Assembly: GCA_035285545.1 (NCBI GenBank)
Contig: JAYKGY010000150.1
Coordinates: 1-64,000 of the forward strand
DNA length: 64,000 nt
Reading direction: 5' to 3'
From: Snowella sp.
GTDB lineage: Bacteria; Cyanobacteriota; Cyanobacteriia; Cyanobacteriales; Microcystaceae
The notes under the pieces are model-generated. The model did no database searches. It was not told the origin of the DNA and saw only the letters and a list, made by a program, of their open reading frames with translations. Below, piece by piece: positions 1 through 8,595 of this stretch (positions within the stretch are counted from its first letter, which is position 1; the number at the start of each line of letters is the position of its first letter). The position numbers and the translations under genes were made by a program.

Positions 1-115
1 CATTCCTTTAAGTTGGTTAAATGGTTGTTTGAGTTTTTTGCTGATGGTCAAGTATTTGAGTTTCCAAAAATTCACGAGTATGGCTTTTTTACACAACTGG
101 TTTAGGATTGCTATA
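1..115 (-). mobile_element. Probable end of an IS630/Tc1-like element or related MITE, continuing beyond the left window edge
   Basis: Reverse complement of 91-115 is TATAGCAATCCTAAACCAGTTGTGT, resembling the TATAGCAATCCTAAA terminal repeats of cyanobacterial TA-targeting elements. It ends at a TA exactly where the HTH-coding frame of the next gene begins. A near-identical end occurs at 19219-19233. Confidence 0.55.
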
Positions 116-207
116 GTATCCATCCTGATCACAAGCAAACGGTTGAAGAAGCCCTAAAACGTAATAGTTTTTTAACTCAGGGAGATCTGGCGGCGCATTT
201 AGATGGC

Positions 208-2472
208 ATGGCTTTATCAACAGTTAATAATTTTTTTAATGCAAAAAAGGTTTCTATTTCTACTTTTGAGAAAATTTGTGAAGCATTAGGTTTAGATAAA
301 CGAGCAATTCAACGACCTTTAGCCTTCGAGCAAGAGGTTGAAGTTAAAGAAAAATTAGAATTTTCGTTACAGTTTTCTAAATATAATGCTCAAACGTGGG
401 TAGGTAGAGAGCGATTAATTGAGGATTTTTTAACTAAATTATCAGGAAATACTCGTATTTTTTGGTTAACGGGACTTTCGGGAATTGGCAAAACAACGTT
501 AGGAGAATGTATTGCTGTTAAGGCTTGGGAAAATAACCCTTCTTTCCGATGGATTCATTTTGAAATTACTGAAAGCCAATTATCAGATTTTGCAACAGGT
601 GCGAGAGCAATTCTTAGCAAATTAGGAGAAAAAGACTTAAATTCCGAAACGATAAATGATCCTAAATGGTTAAGCGATCGCTTACTAACTAAACTCCAAG
701 AAAATCGCTATTGGTTACAAATAGATGCGCTAGAAAAACTCATTGAGATCAATGAATTTATTGATGAAAACTGGCTGATTTTCTTTAAAAGTTGTTTAAC
801 GGCTAATTCTTTTTCAAGTCGTTTATTTTTGACTTCTCAAGTTTTACCGAATGCCATGATGATTTGGCAAGACGATTATAGTAATGTTTGGTATGAGCAT
901 AAGCTAAAGGGATTAGATGCGGAAGAATCTGAGCAATATTTTATTAAAAGTGGGATTTTGGTTAATAAATCTAATCAAAATTTTCTAAATAATATTAGCC
1001 AAATCTACGAAGGTCATCCTTTAGTCTTACAGGTCATTACAAAGGAAATTGTAAAGGATTATCAAGGTGATGTAGCTAAATATTGGGAACATAATAAAGC
1101 CGAGTTTGATCAAGTTAGGCGTGAATTAAATAGCAACCATTTAATGGGAATTCAATATAATGAAGCTTTAGATCGTCGAGTAAGAGAACGGGTTAAAAAG
1201 TCTTTAGAGCAATTACCAAAAATAGCGATCGCGTTATTATGTCGTAGTTCAGTTTATCGTCGTCAAGTTCGTGAAAAATTTTGGTTAGATTTGATGACGG
1301 AATATTCTACTAGGGAGCAAATAGAAGCTTATCGAATTTTAGGCGATCGCGCTTTAATTGAAAAGGAAAAAAATTTAATCCGATTACATAATTTAGTGCG
1401 AGATATTGCCTATGATTGGTTACGAGAAGATGAGGTTATTTGGAAAGCAGCCGAGGTTAAAGCGGCTGAGTTATGGTTAAGTGAGCATCAGTATGAGGAA
1501 AATGCTGAGAATTTAGAAAAAATTCGAGGTTATTTAGAAGCTTTTTATCATTATTGTTATGCAGAAAATTGGGAGAAAGCCAAGCAAATTATTCAAATTA
1601 GATTAGAAGTAACGAACAATAAAGAGTTACATGATCAATTATTTATATGGGCTTATTACGATCAAATAATCAATATATTTAATCTCTTATTAGATAAGTC
1701 AGATACTCGTATAAATATCATTGGTCACAAAGTATTCGCACAAGTATATGATACCCGCGAAAATTATCAGCAAGCTATTTATCATCACCAACAAGGCTTG
1801 ATCATGGCAAAAAGAACAAATGATATTAGTTCTCAGTTAGTACTGTATAATGGTTTTTCTAATACTTTAGCACGGAAAAATCCTCAAAATGCAATTCAAA
1901 TTCTGAATACAGCTATTCAAGAAAATAGAGATCCAATACTTCAAGCTGTTATGTATTGCAATTTAGGAACTGCATATTTTAGATTCAATAAAATACAAGA
2001 AGCTATACATAACTATCAAATATCTCTTGATATTGCACAGGAAATAAATTACGAACAAGGCATGGCAAATGTATATAGTAATGCCGCTCTTATTTCTGCT
2101 TCTTTAAATAGGTTTAGAGATGCTGAAATGTATTTTAGGAAAGCCCTTCCTGTTTTTCAAGTGAGTGAAAATTATTTTGAAATAAATAATTTTAAAGAAG
2201 CTTTTGGAATGGTTTTATGTCGTCAATATAAATATTTAGAGGGAATAAAATTACTAGAGGAAGCTTTAAAAGGATTTGGCAAAATCGGATTTTTAAAAAG
2301 AAACATGGAATTACTCTTTAAATTATCTTTTGCTTATTACAATATAAAACAGATTGAACTTGCACGAGAATACTATAAAAAAGCTCAACAAGTATCTATA
2401 GAGTTGGGGATCTCATTACCTCAAGGATATCAAGAATTATTATCACAAATTGAGGAGGCAGAAAGTTGTTGA
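208..2472 (+). CDS. HTH + NB-ARC (STAND) ATPase + TPR protein; probably 5'-truncated (HTH-like frame extends back to about 115 with no ATG)
   Basis: Walker A GLSGIGKTT, Walker B WLQIDALE, GHPLVL (GxP) and RLHNLVRD (MHD-like) motifs; C-terminal TPRs (CNLGTAYFR). Upstream in-frame residues SIHPDHKQTVEEALKRNSFLTQGDLAAHL complete a Cro/C1-type HTH. Confidence 0.85.
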   Translation: MALSTVNNFFNAKKVSISTFEKICEALGLDKRAIQRPLAFEQEVEVKEKLEFSLQFSKYNAQTWVGRERLIEDFLTKLSGNTRIFWLTGLSGIGKTTLGECIAVKAWENNPSFRWIHFEITESQLSDFATGARAILSKLGEKDLNSETINDPKWLSDRLLTKLQENRYWLQIDALEKLIEINEFIDENWLIFFKSCLTANSFSSRLFLTSQVLPNAMMIWQDDYSNVWYEHKLKGLDAEESEQYFIKSGILVNKSNQNFLNNISQIYEGHPLVLQVITKEIVKDYQGDVAKYWEHNKAEFDQVRRELNSNHLMGIQYNEALDRRVRERVKKSLEQLPKIAIALLCRSSVYRRQVREKFWLDLMTEYSTREQIEAYRILGDRALIEKEKNLIRLHNLVRDIAYDWLREDEVIWKAAEVKAAELWLSEHQYEENAENLEKIRGYLEAFYHYCYAENWEKAKQIIQIRLEVTNNKELHDQLFIWAYYDQIINIFNLLLDKSDTRINIIGHKVFAQVYDTRENYQQAIYHHQQGLIMAKRTNDISSQLVLYNGFSNTLARKNPQNAIQILNTAIQENRDPILQAVMYCNLGTAYFRFNKIQEAIHNYQISLDIAQEINYEQGMANVYSNAALISASLNRFRDAEMYFRKALPVFQVSENYFEINNFKEAFGMVLCRQYKYLEGIKLLEEALKGFGKIGFLKRNMELLFKLSFAYYNIKQIELAREYYKKAQQVSIELGISLPQGYQELLSQIEEAESC

Positions 2473-2673
2473 TAGTTTGGACACTCCATGCTGAAGAACG
2501 ACAACAACAATGGCAACAACGACGAAAATCAAGTGTTAGTTGCTCAATCTAGACGAGGAAATGGCTTACTTAGAGTTCCCTTTGTAATTATTGGCAACAC
2601 CAAACGAATTTTAACTCTATATTGGACAAATCAAATTAAACGATACTGGCAAGAGGAAAATTATGAAAATTAA
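2469..2673 (+). pseudogene. DUF4258-like putative toxin broken by an internal deletion and frameshift
   Basis: The frame from TTG 2469 reads MIVWTLHAEERQQQWQQR (the xxTxHAxER start of DUF4258) and then stops. The C-terminal half VLVAQSRRGNGLLRVPFV...ILTLYWT is in a different frame. Confidence 0.65.
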
Positions 2674-2863
2674 ATATGACAAAGAAGCGGATATTCTCAT
2701 TATTATTTTACGGGATACTTTTCCCGTTAACGCTATTTCAGAACCTGGCGGAGTTATTATTAGCTATGATGAAACTGATGAACCAATTAGCCTTGAATTT
2801 TTAAATGCTTCTCAACGAAATTTGATTAATCCAGAAAAAATAACTCTCACTATTGATCAATAA
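2663..2863 (+). CDS. DUF2283 family protein (putative antitoxin partner of DUF4258)
   Basis: MKIKYDKEADILII... start and GVIISYD...PISLEFLNAS pattern; overlaps the upstream gene. Confidence 0.8.
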   Translation: MKIKYDKEADILIIILRDTFPVNAISEPGGVIISYDETDEPISLEFLNASQRNLINPEKITLTIDQ

Positions 2864-2885
2864 ATCTTAGTAATAGTAAGTAATT

Positions 2886-3098
2886 ATGAAAAATATCTAT
2901 AAAACGATTAGTTATTGGAGCCAAGAAGATCAAGCCTTTATTGTTGAAGTTCCTGAATTATCTGGGTGTATGGCTGATGGAGCAACTTATCAAGAAGCAG
3001 TACAGAACGCTGAAATTATTATTCAAGAATGGATTAAAACAGCCCAAGTATTAGGAAGAGAAATTCCTGAAGCCAAAAAACGATTATTATCAGCCTAA
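2886..3098 (+). CDS. hicB: HicB-family (UPF0150) antitoxin with no adjacent HicA
   Basis: YWSQEDQAFIVEVPELSGCMADGATYQEAVQNAE...GREIP is the short HicB signature. Confidence 0.85.
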   Translation: MKNIYKTISYWSQEDQAFIVEVPELSGCMADGATYQEAVQNAEIIIQEWIKTAQVLGREIPEAKKRLLSA

Positions 3099-3118
3099 AG
3101 TTTTACATCCAATATTTT

Positions 3119-3355
3119 ATGGCACAAATACAAGTTTATTATGAACCTGAAACCGAACTGTTAACCGTTTTCTGGCAAAATTCTCGAAAAAATCAAATCT
3201 GTACTGAACTGGATAACGAAGTTATTTTAATTAAAGATTCTGCAACTGATAAACCCATTGGTGTAGAAATTTTATCCTATCGTCCAAAAGGCAATCGCCT
3301 AGATAGCGTCGGTGTAGAAATGGGGCAAATGGATTTTATTCAAAATTCACTATGA
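3119..3355 (+). CDS. DUF2283-like protein
   Basis: VYYEPETELLTVFW...VILIKD..TDKPIGVEILSY pattern. Confidence 0.65.
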   Translation: MAQIQVYYEPETELLTVFWQNSRKNQICTELDNEVILIKDSATDKPIGVEILSYRPKGNRLDSVGVEMGQMDFIQNSL

Positions 3356-3362
3356 GTTAAAA

Positions 3363-3416
3363 ATGCAAATCAAATATGACAAAGACGAAGATTTGGGTGA
3401 CGATTGCATCTGTTAG
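3363..3416 (+). pseudogene. Truncated third DUF2283 copy (N-terminal remnant)
   Basis: ATGCAAATCAAATATGACAAAGAC encodes MQIKYDKDED, close to MKIKYDKEAD at 2663, then stops after 17 codons. Confidence 0.5.
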
Positions 3417-3477
3417 CTGGCATTATCAATTTTGAGTTAGGATTTGTTTCTTGATTTAGGCAAGAGGTCTATTGTAT

Positions 3478-3987
3478 TTACTGGGATAATTGGCGTTTCA
3501 AAATTTCTAAGGCAGACCAGCGACTATCGAGATTCGTAACGGTTTCTGATGAGCCTTCAGCAGGGGGCTGACAATCATTGCTACACAAACGACGAAGGGG
3601 AAAGGCTAAACACAATTGCTCGTATAACCATTTTTCCACATCAAAATGGCCTTCAGGGGAGAGGCTTTCCGAAAGGTCTTCTAGGGCAATTTCTCGTTCT
3701 TGGGGGAATTTTTGGGGAATATCGGCATCTTTATCAAGCCAAATCAGTTCGGAAGCATCCAGAGATAGACGGTGATTGTAGTGTTGGGTACAGCGATCGC
3801 AAATAAATGTAAGAATGGTTTCCGCTTTAACGATCGCTTCTAAAAAAGTACCCCCATGCCGAACGGTAATGGTTCCCCGAACAGGGGTTAATGTCTCTAA
3901 ACCCGATATATTCTCATCAATAATTAAGGTTTGGGTACGATTGGGAAGATGAAGTAAATGGGGAATATAAATTGGTTGTAAGGCCAT
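3478..3987 (-). CDS. YceD/DUF177 family metal-binding protein
   Basis: CDRC and LCSNDC motifs, EQLCLAFP, C-terminal DSRWSAL. Confidence 0.9.
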   Translation of the reverse strand: MALQPIYIPHLLHLPNRTQTLIIDENISGLETLTPVRGTITVRHGGTFLEAIVKAETILTFICDRCTQHYNHRLSLDASELIWLDKDADIPQKFPQEREIALEDLSESLSPEGHFDVEKWLYEQLCLAFPLRRLCSNDCQPPAEGSSETVTNLDSRWSALEILKRQLSQ

Positions 3988-4122
3988 GGCAGGGAAACAA
4001 TAGAATGTCGCTTGACCTCTATCTTACACGCTGCTTTGCCGAAAATTTCTCTTTAACAGGGGGGATTATCAAACCTGTTTTTATACAAAGGGAAAGAACC
4101 AAACTTACTGTTTTGCTATTTT

Positions 4123-4458
4123 TTAAAGTTTGGCTTGGGGATTCTCTGGGCTTTTTGCGAGTTTTTCCTGAGCGACTTCTGCCTGTAATTTTTCCCGTTC
4201 TTCGGGGGTCATACTTTCCCAGCGTTTTTGGATCATGGCTTCTTCGTAATCATGAATCTGCTTATGGTAAGTCATGTCATGGGTTAGAACCCGAAAGACA
4301 TAGGAAAGTAACCAGAGAATTAAGCCACCCACTAGGAAAACTTGAGACCAAATGCCGGCTTTTTGACTGTCAAAACCGACTGCTTGCAGAATCAAATAGA
4401 CGACTCCTCCTGATAAAAAGAAGGCCAACATGAGCGCGATCGCATCAATTCGTCGCAT
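4123..4458 (-). CDS. DUF3007 family membrane protein
   Basis: MRRIDAI start, two TM segments, YVFRV...MTY..Q..DYE motif; usual neighbour of ndhL. Confidence 0.85.
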   Translation of the reverse strand: MRRIDAIALMLAFFLSGGVVYLILQAVGFDSQKAGIWSQVFLVGGLILWLLSYVFRVLTHDMTYHKQIHDYEEAMIQKRWESMTPEEREKLQAEVAQEKLAKSPENPQAKL

Positions 4459-4482
4459 ATCGTTTACATCCTCAATCAGTGA

Positions 4483-4725
4483 TTAAACAGCACGACGTTT
4501 AGGACGGAAATTTAAAATCGGACTGAGGAGTAACATTCCTGGAAAAAAGAAAAAGACCAAAAAGTACATAAAGGCCCGTTCCAAAGAACCTGCCACATAC
4601 CAACGACTCTTAAGGTAAAAATAGAGCAGTGCGGGAAATACCAAAAGATACAAAATACTCAGCGTCAGATAAATTAAGGCAATCAAGCCCGTTTCTGAGA
4701 GGAGGGTGGATAATACAACGTCCAT
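4483..4725 (-). CDS. ndhL: NAD(P)H-quinone oxidoreductase (NDH-1) subunit L
   Basis: RWYVAGSLERAFMYFLVFFFFPGMLLLSPILNFRPKRR signature; start placed at ATG 4725 (80 aa). Confidence 0.93.
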   Translation of the reverse strand: MDVVLSTLLSETGLIALIYLTLSILYLLVFPALLYFYLKSRWYVAGSLERAFMYFLVFFFFPGMLLLSPILNFRPKRRAV

Positions 4726-4835
4726 TGGCGAATTGAAAAAGTGAAAACTAGAGAATTGCACAGAATAACGTTAGGTCAACTGTAGCCTATTTGGTCGCGA
4801 ATTTCATCTGCAACCTTATCAATCCTATTCATAGG

Positions 4836-4865
4836 TTGACAGTATGCTTCTCTATCTTAGATAAT
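4836..4865 (+). promoter_or_regulatory. Sigma70-type promoter for rplU-rpmA
   Basis: TTGACA (4836-4841), 18-nt spacer, GATAAT (4860-4865). Confidence 0.6.
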
Positions 4866-4982
4866 AGGAGACCGTGTGTCTAAGCTCCTGCTCGGATCAG
4901 GTTTCAGACATTAACTTTCACAAAATCCCTTGTTTTTCCAAGCTTGTGGATACCTGTACGGCAACAACCTATAGAAGAAACA

Positions 4983-5381
4983 ATGAGTTACGCAATTATT
5001 GAAGCGGGTGGCACGCAACTTCGTGTCGAACCAGGTCGTTTTTATGACTTAAATCGTCTTGCTGCTGATCTTGATGAAGGGTACGTGATCGACAAAGTGC
5101 TGTTGGTTAATGACGATAATCAAATCACGGTCGGTCAGCCTTTTGTTGAAGGGGCTACCGTTGAAGGCAAAATTTTAGCCCACCGTCGGGGACGCAAAGT
5201 GATTGTTTACAAAATGCGCCCGAAAAAGAAAACCCGTAAAAAACGTGGTCATCGTCAAGAGTTAACCCGTTTACTGATTACATCCATTAGTATTAATGGA
5301 ACGGCGATCGCGTCAGTTTCTGAGGAAGAGCTTAAGAAGCCAGTGTTAAGCAATGCCCCAGCAACGCTAGAAGAAGAGTAA
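4983..5381 (+). CDS. rplU: 50S ribosomal protein L21
   Basis: MSYAIIEAGGTQLRV...KKKTRKKRGHRQELTRL; start at ATG 4983. Confidence 0.97.
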   Translation: MSYAIIEAGGTQLRVEPGRFYDLNRLAADLDEGYVIDKVLLVNDDNQITVGQPFVEGATVEGKILAHRRGRKVIVYKMRPKKKTRKKRGHRQELTRLLITSISINGTAIASVSEEELKKPVLSNAPATLEEE

Positions 5382-5433
5382 ACTCTAAAGACGACTTGAA
5401 TTATTGATTTAATTTTTAGAAGGAAGGAAAACA

Positions 5434-5703
5434 ATGGCTCATAAGAAAGGGACAGGTAGTACAAGAAACGGGCGGGACTCTAATTCCAAGCGTCTCGGCG
5501 TTAAACGGTATGGTGGCCAAGCCGTTACCGCAGGCAGCATTTTAGTTCGTCAACGGGGAACCCGTGTTCACCCTGGCAATAATGTGGGACGGGGCAACGA
5601 CGACACCCTATTTGCGCTCATTGATGGGGTTGTTAAATTTGAATATAAAACCCGTAGCCGCCGTAAAGTCAGCGTTTATCCTGCTGAAGTCGCCGCAGAA
5701 TAG
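5434..5703 (+). CDS. rpmA: 50S ribosomal protein L27
   Basis: [24 protein letters not shown]. Confidence 0.98.
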   Translation: MAHKKGTGSTRNGRDSNSKRLGVKRYGGQAVTAGSILVRQRGTRVHPGNNVGRGNDDTLFALIDGVVKFEYKTRSRRKVSVYPAEVAAE

Positions 5704-5747
5704 ATTGGCTTTCGTATAATTTTCTTCAATTCAACATTGAAATGCTG

Positions 5748-5783
5748 AACATCCCTAAAAATTAACAATAGGGATGTTTTTTT
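5748..5783 (+). terminator. Rho-independent terminator between rpmA and pheT
   Basis: Stem AACATCCCTA / TAGGGATGTT followed by a T-run. Confidence 0.75.
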
Positions 5784-5788
5784 GCGTT

Positions 5789-8221
5789 TTAACTGCGTAG
5801 GGTAACGGTAAATTGAGAATTTAAGGCTTCTCGGATTTGATTGTGAACAGGATCAACTTCCGTATCCGTTAAGGTGCGATCGCTGGCTCGATAGGCCAAA
5901 CTAAACGCTAAGCTACGCTGACCATCAGGAACCGATTCTCCGCGATATTCATCAAAAAATTGTACCCCTGCAAGTAATTCACCACCCGATTGACGCATAG
6001 CTTGGGTTAACTCCGAGACGGATAGGTTAATGGAAGCATAAAACGCTAAATCTCGTTCAACAGCCGGATAGGTCGAATAGGCCGCGAAATGGGGAGTCAG
6101 GGAATCAGTAGATTTTAAAGCATCAATGATCACCGCAACTTGCAACTCAAAGGCATAAACCCCATTGGGTAAACCGCGCTCTTGACACAATTGGGGATGA
6201 AGCTGCCCAAAGGTTCCCAAGCTCTGACCCTTTAACCAAAGCGAAGCAGTTCGCCCTGGGTGAAACCGTTCATCCTTACTATCAGGTTGATACTCGATCA
6301 TTAAGCCCAAACCCTGGAAAATGCTTTCTAAAATACCTTTAGCTTCATACCAGGTCATTGCATTGGATTTACCCCCTTTAGCCCAGAGTCCTTGGGGTAA
6401 CAAATCACCGCCCAAAATTCCGGCTAAGGAATCCGCTTCTTGGATGCCCTCGCCATTTTGCCAAAAGATACGGCCTAGCTCAAAGGCGTTTAACGCCCCA
6501 TTGCCTTGGGATTGATTGTATTCAAAAGCATCAATTAAACCATTCAGAAGATTGGTACGAAGAGCAGAATACTCGGCTAATAAGGGATTAGCTAAAACAA
6601 CTTCAGTGCCCTGGGGTTTAACCAGAGAATAGTGGACAACTTCCGTTAAACCGGCTGCGCGGAACAGTTCCCGTAATTTGATTTCTAATTGGTATTCTAC
6701 GGATAAGCCCCCAGCTTCCGTTTTATCGGGTAATTCATCACAAAAGCGGTCATAACCATACAAACGGGCCACTTCTTCGATTAGATCAATTTCCCGTTCA
6801 ATGTCTCGACTGCGATAGGAGGGAACCACCACATTCCAAACTTTCGGACTTTCAGCAATAATGGTTAACTGACAACTTAAATCCGCCAGAATGCGCTCTA
6901 CGTCTTCCGCCAAGATTTGCCCGATGCCGTTTTCCGTTTTAACGGGGCCGAGAACATGATGAATACGCGCTAACCGCAATTCAATCGATTGTTGCGATAA
7001 AGCCGCTCGATTATCGGCTATGGCTTGTTCTGTCGCTGTTCCCCCTGCTAATTCCGTGATTAACGCGATCGCGCGATTGAGGGCCGTTTCTAATTCCTGA
7101 TGATTGACACCCCGCTCATAACGGGTTGAAGACTCACTACGCAGACTTTGAGCTTTACTCGAACGACGAATGGTAACGGAATCAAAAATCGCAGCTTCTA
7201 AAACGAGATTACAGGTTCCTTCATGGACTTCCGTTGATGCGCCCCCCATCACACCGGCTAGGGCGACGGGAATATTATTGGCTGTAATTAATAAATTTGG
7301 ATGACTTAAATTTCTGGCTTGACCATCTAGAGTTTCTAAACTCTCTTCCAATTCTGCAAACCGAACACCCAGATTTAACCTTTCTGCCCCTGCCACTTGC
7401 TGTAGGCGATCGCGATCAAAGGCATGAAGGGGTTGGCCCCATTCCAACAAAATATAGTTGGTGACATCGACGACGTTATTGATCGGTCGCACACCTGCGG
7501 CTTGTAAATGACGCTGTAACCAATCGGGAGAAGGCTGAATGGTGACGTTTTCAATAACTGTACCAATATAAGCAGGACAGGCTTTGGGATCAGTAACGTT
7601 GATATCTAACTGTTTACTGGTATTGGCGATCGCGATGGGGGGAATTTCAGGTAAATTTAACTTGGCTCCCGTTAAAGCGGCCACTTCCCTAGCAATCCCA
7701 ACCATACTCAGGGCATCCGCTCGATTGGCTGTCGGGGCAATTTCTAAGATCACATCATCTAAGCCTAGTAGGGGACGAACATCACTCCCTAAGCTTAAAT
7801 TATCGGGAAAAATATGAATGCCTTCTGAGGTTTTGGCTAACCCTAATTCTGCTAACGAACAGATCATGCCTTCGGAGCGTTCCCCCCGTAATTTGGCAGG
7901 TCGAATTTTGAGATCAATGGTGGGTAGATAGGTTCCCACAGTGGCCACCGGCACTAAAATATCTGCCCGTACATTACTCGCACCACACACAATATTGAGA
8001 AGTTCCGGCTGCCCCACATCGACTTTACACACACTCAATTTATCGGCATTGGGATGTTGTTGGCGATCTACTACCCGACCGACGACCACCCCATTGGCCC
8101 ATTGACGACGATCTTCAATGTCTTCAACCTCGATGCCAGCGATCGTTAATAATTCTGCGAGTTCTTGCGGCGATCGCGTTACTTCAACCAATTCCTGTAG
8201 CCAATTGACAGAGATTCGCAT
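5789..8221 (-). CDS. pheT: Phenylalanine--tRNA ligase beta subunit
   Basis: [10 protein letters not shown] start, [32 protein letters not shown]-terminal anticodon-binding domain. Confidence 0.98.
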   Translation of the reverse strand: MRISVNWLQELVEVTRSPQELAELLTIAGIEVEDIEDRRQWANGVVVGRVVDRQQHPNADKLSVCKVDVGQPELLNIVCGASNVRADILVPVATVGTYLPTIDLKIRPAKLRGERSEGMICSLAELGLAKTSEGIHIFPDNLSLGSDVRPLLGLDDVILEIAPTANRADALSMVGIAREVAALTGAKLNLPEIPPIAIANTSKQLDINVTDPKACPAYIGTVIENVTIQPSPDWLQRHLQAAGVRPINNVVDVTNYILLEWGQPLHAFDRDRLQQVAGAERLNLGVRFAELEESLETLDGQARNLSHPNLLITANNIPVALAGVMGGASTEVHEGTCNLVLEAAIFDSVTIRRSSKAQSLRSESSTRYERGVNHQELETALNRAIALITELAGGTATEQAIADNRAALSQQSIELRLARIHHVLGPVKTENGIGQILAEDVERILADLSCQLTIIAESPKVWNVVVPSYRSRDIEREIDLIEEVARLYGYDRFCDELPDKTEAGGLSVEYQLEIKLRELFRAAGLTEVVHYSLVKPQGTEVVLANPLLAEYSALRTNLLNGLIDAFEYNQSQGNGALNAFELGRIFWQNGEGIQEADSLAGILGGDLLPQGLWAKGGKSNAMTWYEAKGILESIFQGLGLMIEYQPDSKDERFHPGRTASLWLKGQSLGTFGQLHPQLCQERGLPNGVYAFELQVAVIIDALKSTDSLTPHFAAYSTYPAVERDLAFYASINLSVSELTQAMRQSGGELLAGVQFFDEYRGESVPDGQRSLAFSLAYRASDRTLTDTEVDPVHNQIREALNSQFTVTLRS

Positions 8222-8595
8222 GGAATTAATCCCTTCTATTCTTCAGCCTGATTATTGTAGCGTTAGTTGTGGTAACCTGAGAATCACAAGAAAACTCAAG
8301 TTACTTTCTAGTCCCTAGCAAAAATTTTCCTAAAAATCTTAACTTAGCCCCTGATTCATGTTGAGATCTACTCATTTATGGGGCATTCTAAAAATAAAGA
8401 GCAAAAAAAGTAACATGGATTCAGTTTAACTTTGGCTTTGGCGAAGACTCACGCCCAACAGAGGGATAAATTAGTCATGAGACTTGAATGCCTGCTCAAT
8501 CAACAAATGGTTTGTGTTAAGAAATGACACTTTTGAGGTGAGTTGCGATTTCTTAGCCGTTTTTTTGAAAGTAATCTTTAATTTGGTGATATGGA

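Noticed and set aside
2488..2673. 61-aa ORF starting MLKNDNNNGNNDEN as an intact gene
   Set aside because: The Asn-rich start is the out-of-frame reading of HAEERQQQWQQ; it is better explained as a frameshifted DUF4258 pseudogene.
3972..4433. 153-aa plus-strand ORF, and other short ORFs nested in pheT, hemH, hlyB/D, nhaS3, mrp, prs and cobB
   Set aside because: Antisense or alternate-frame overlaps of well-supported genes.
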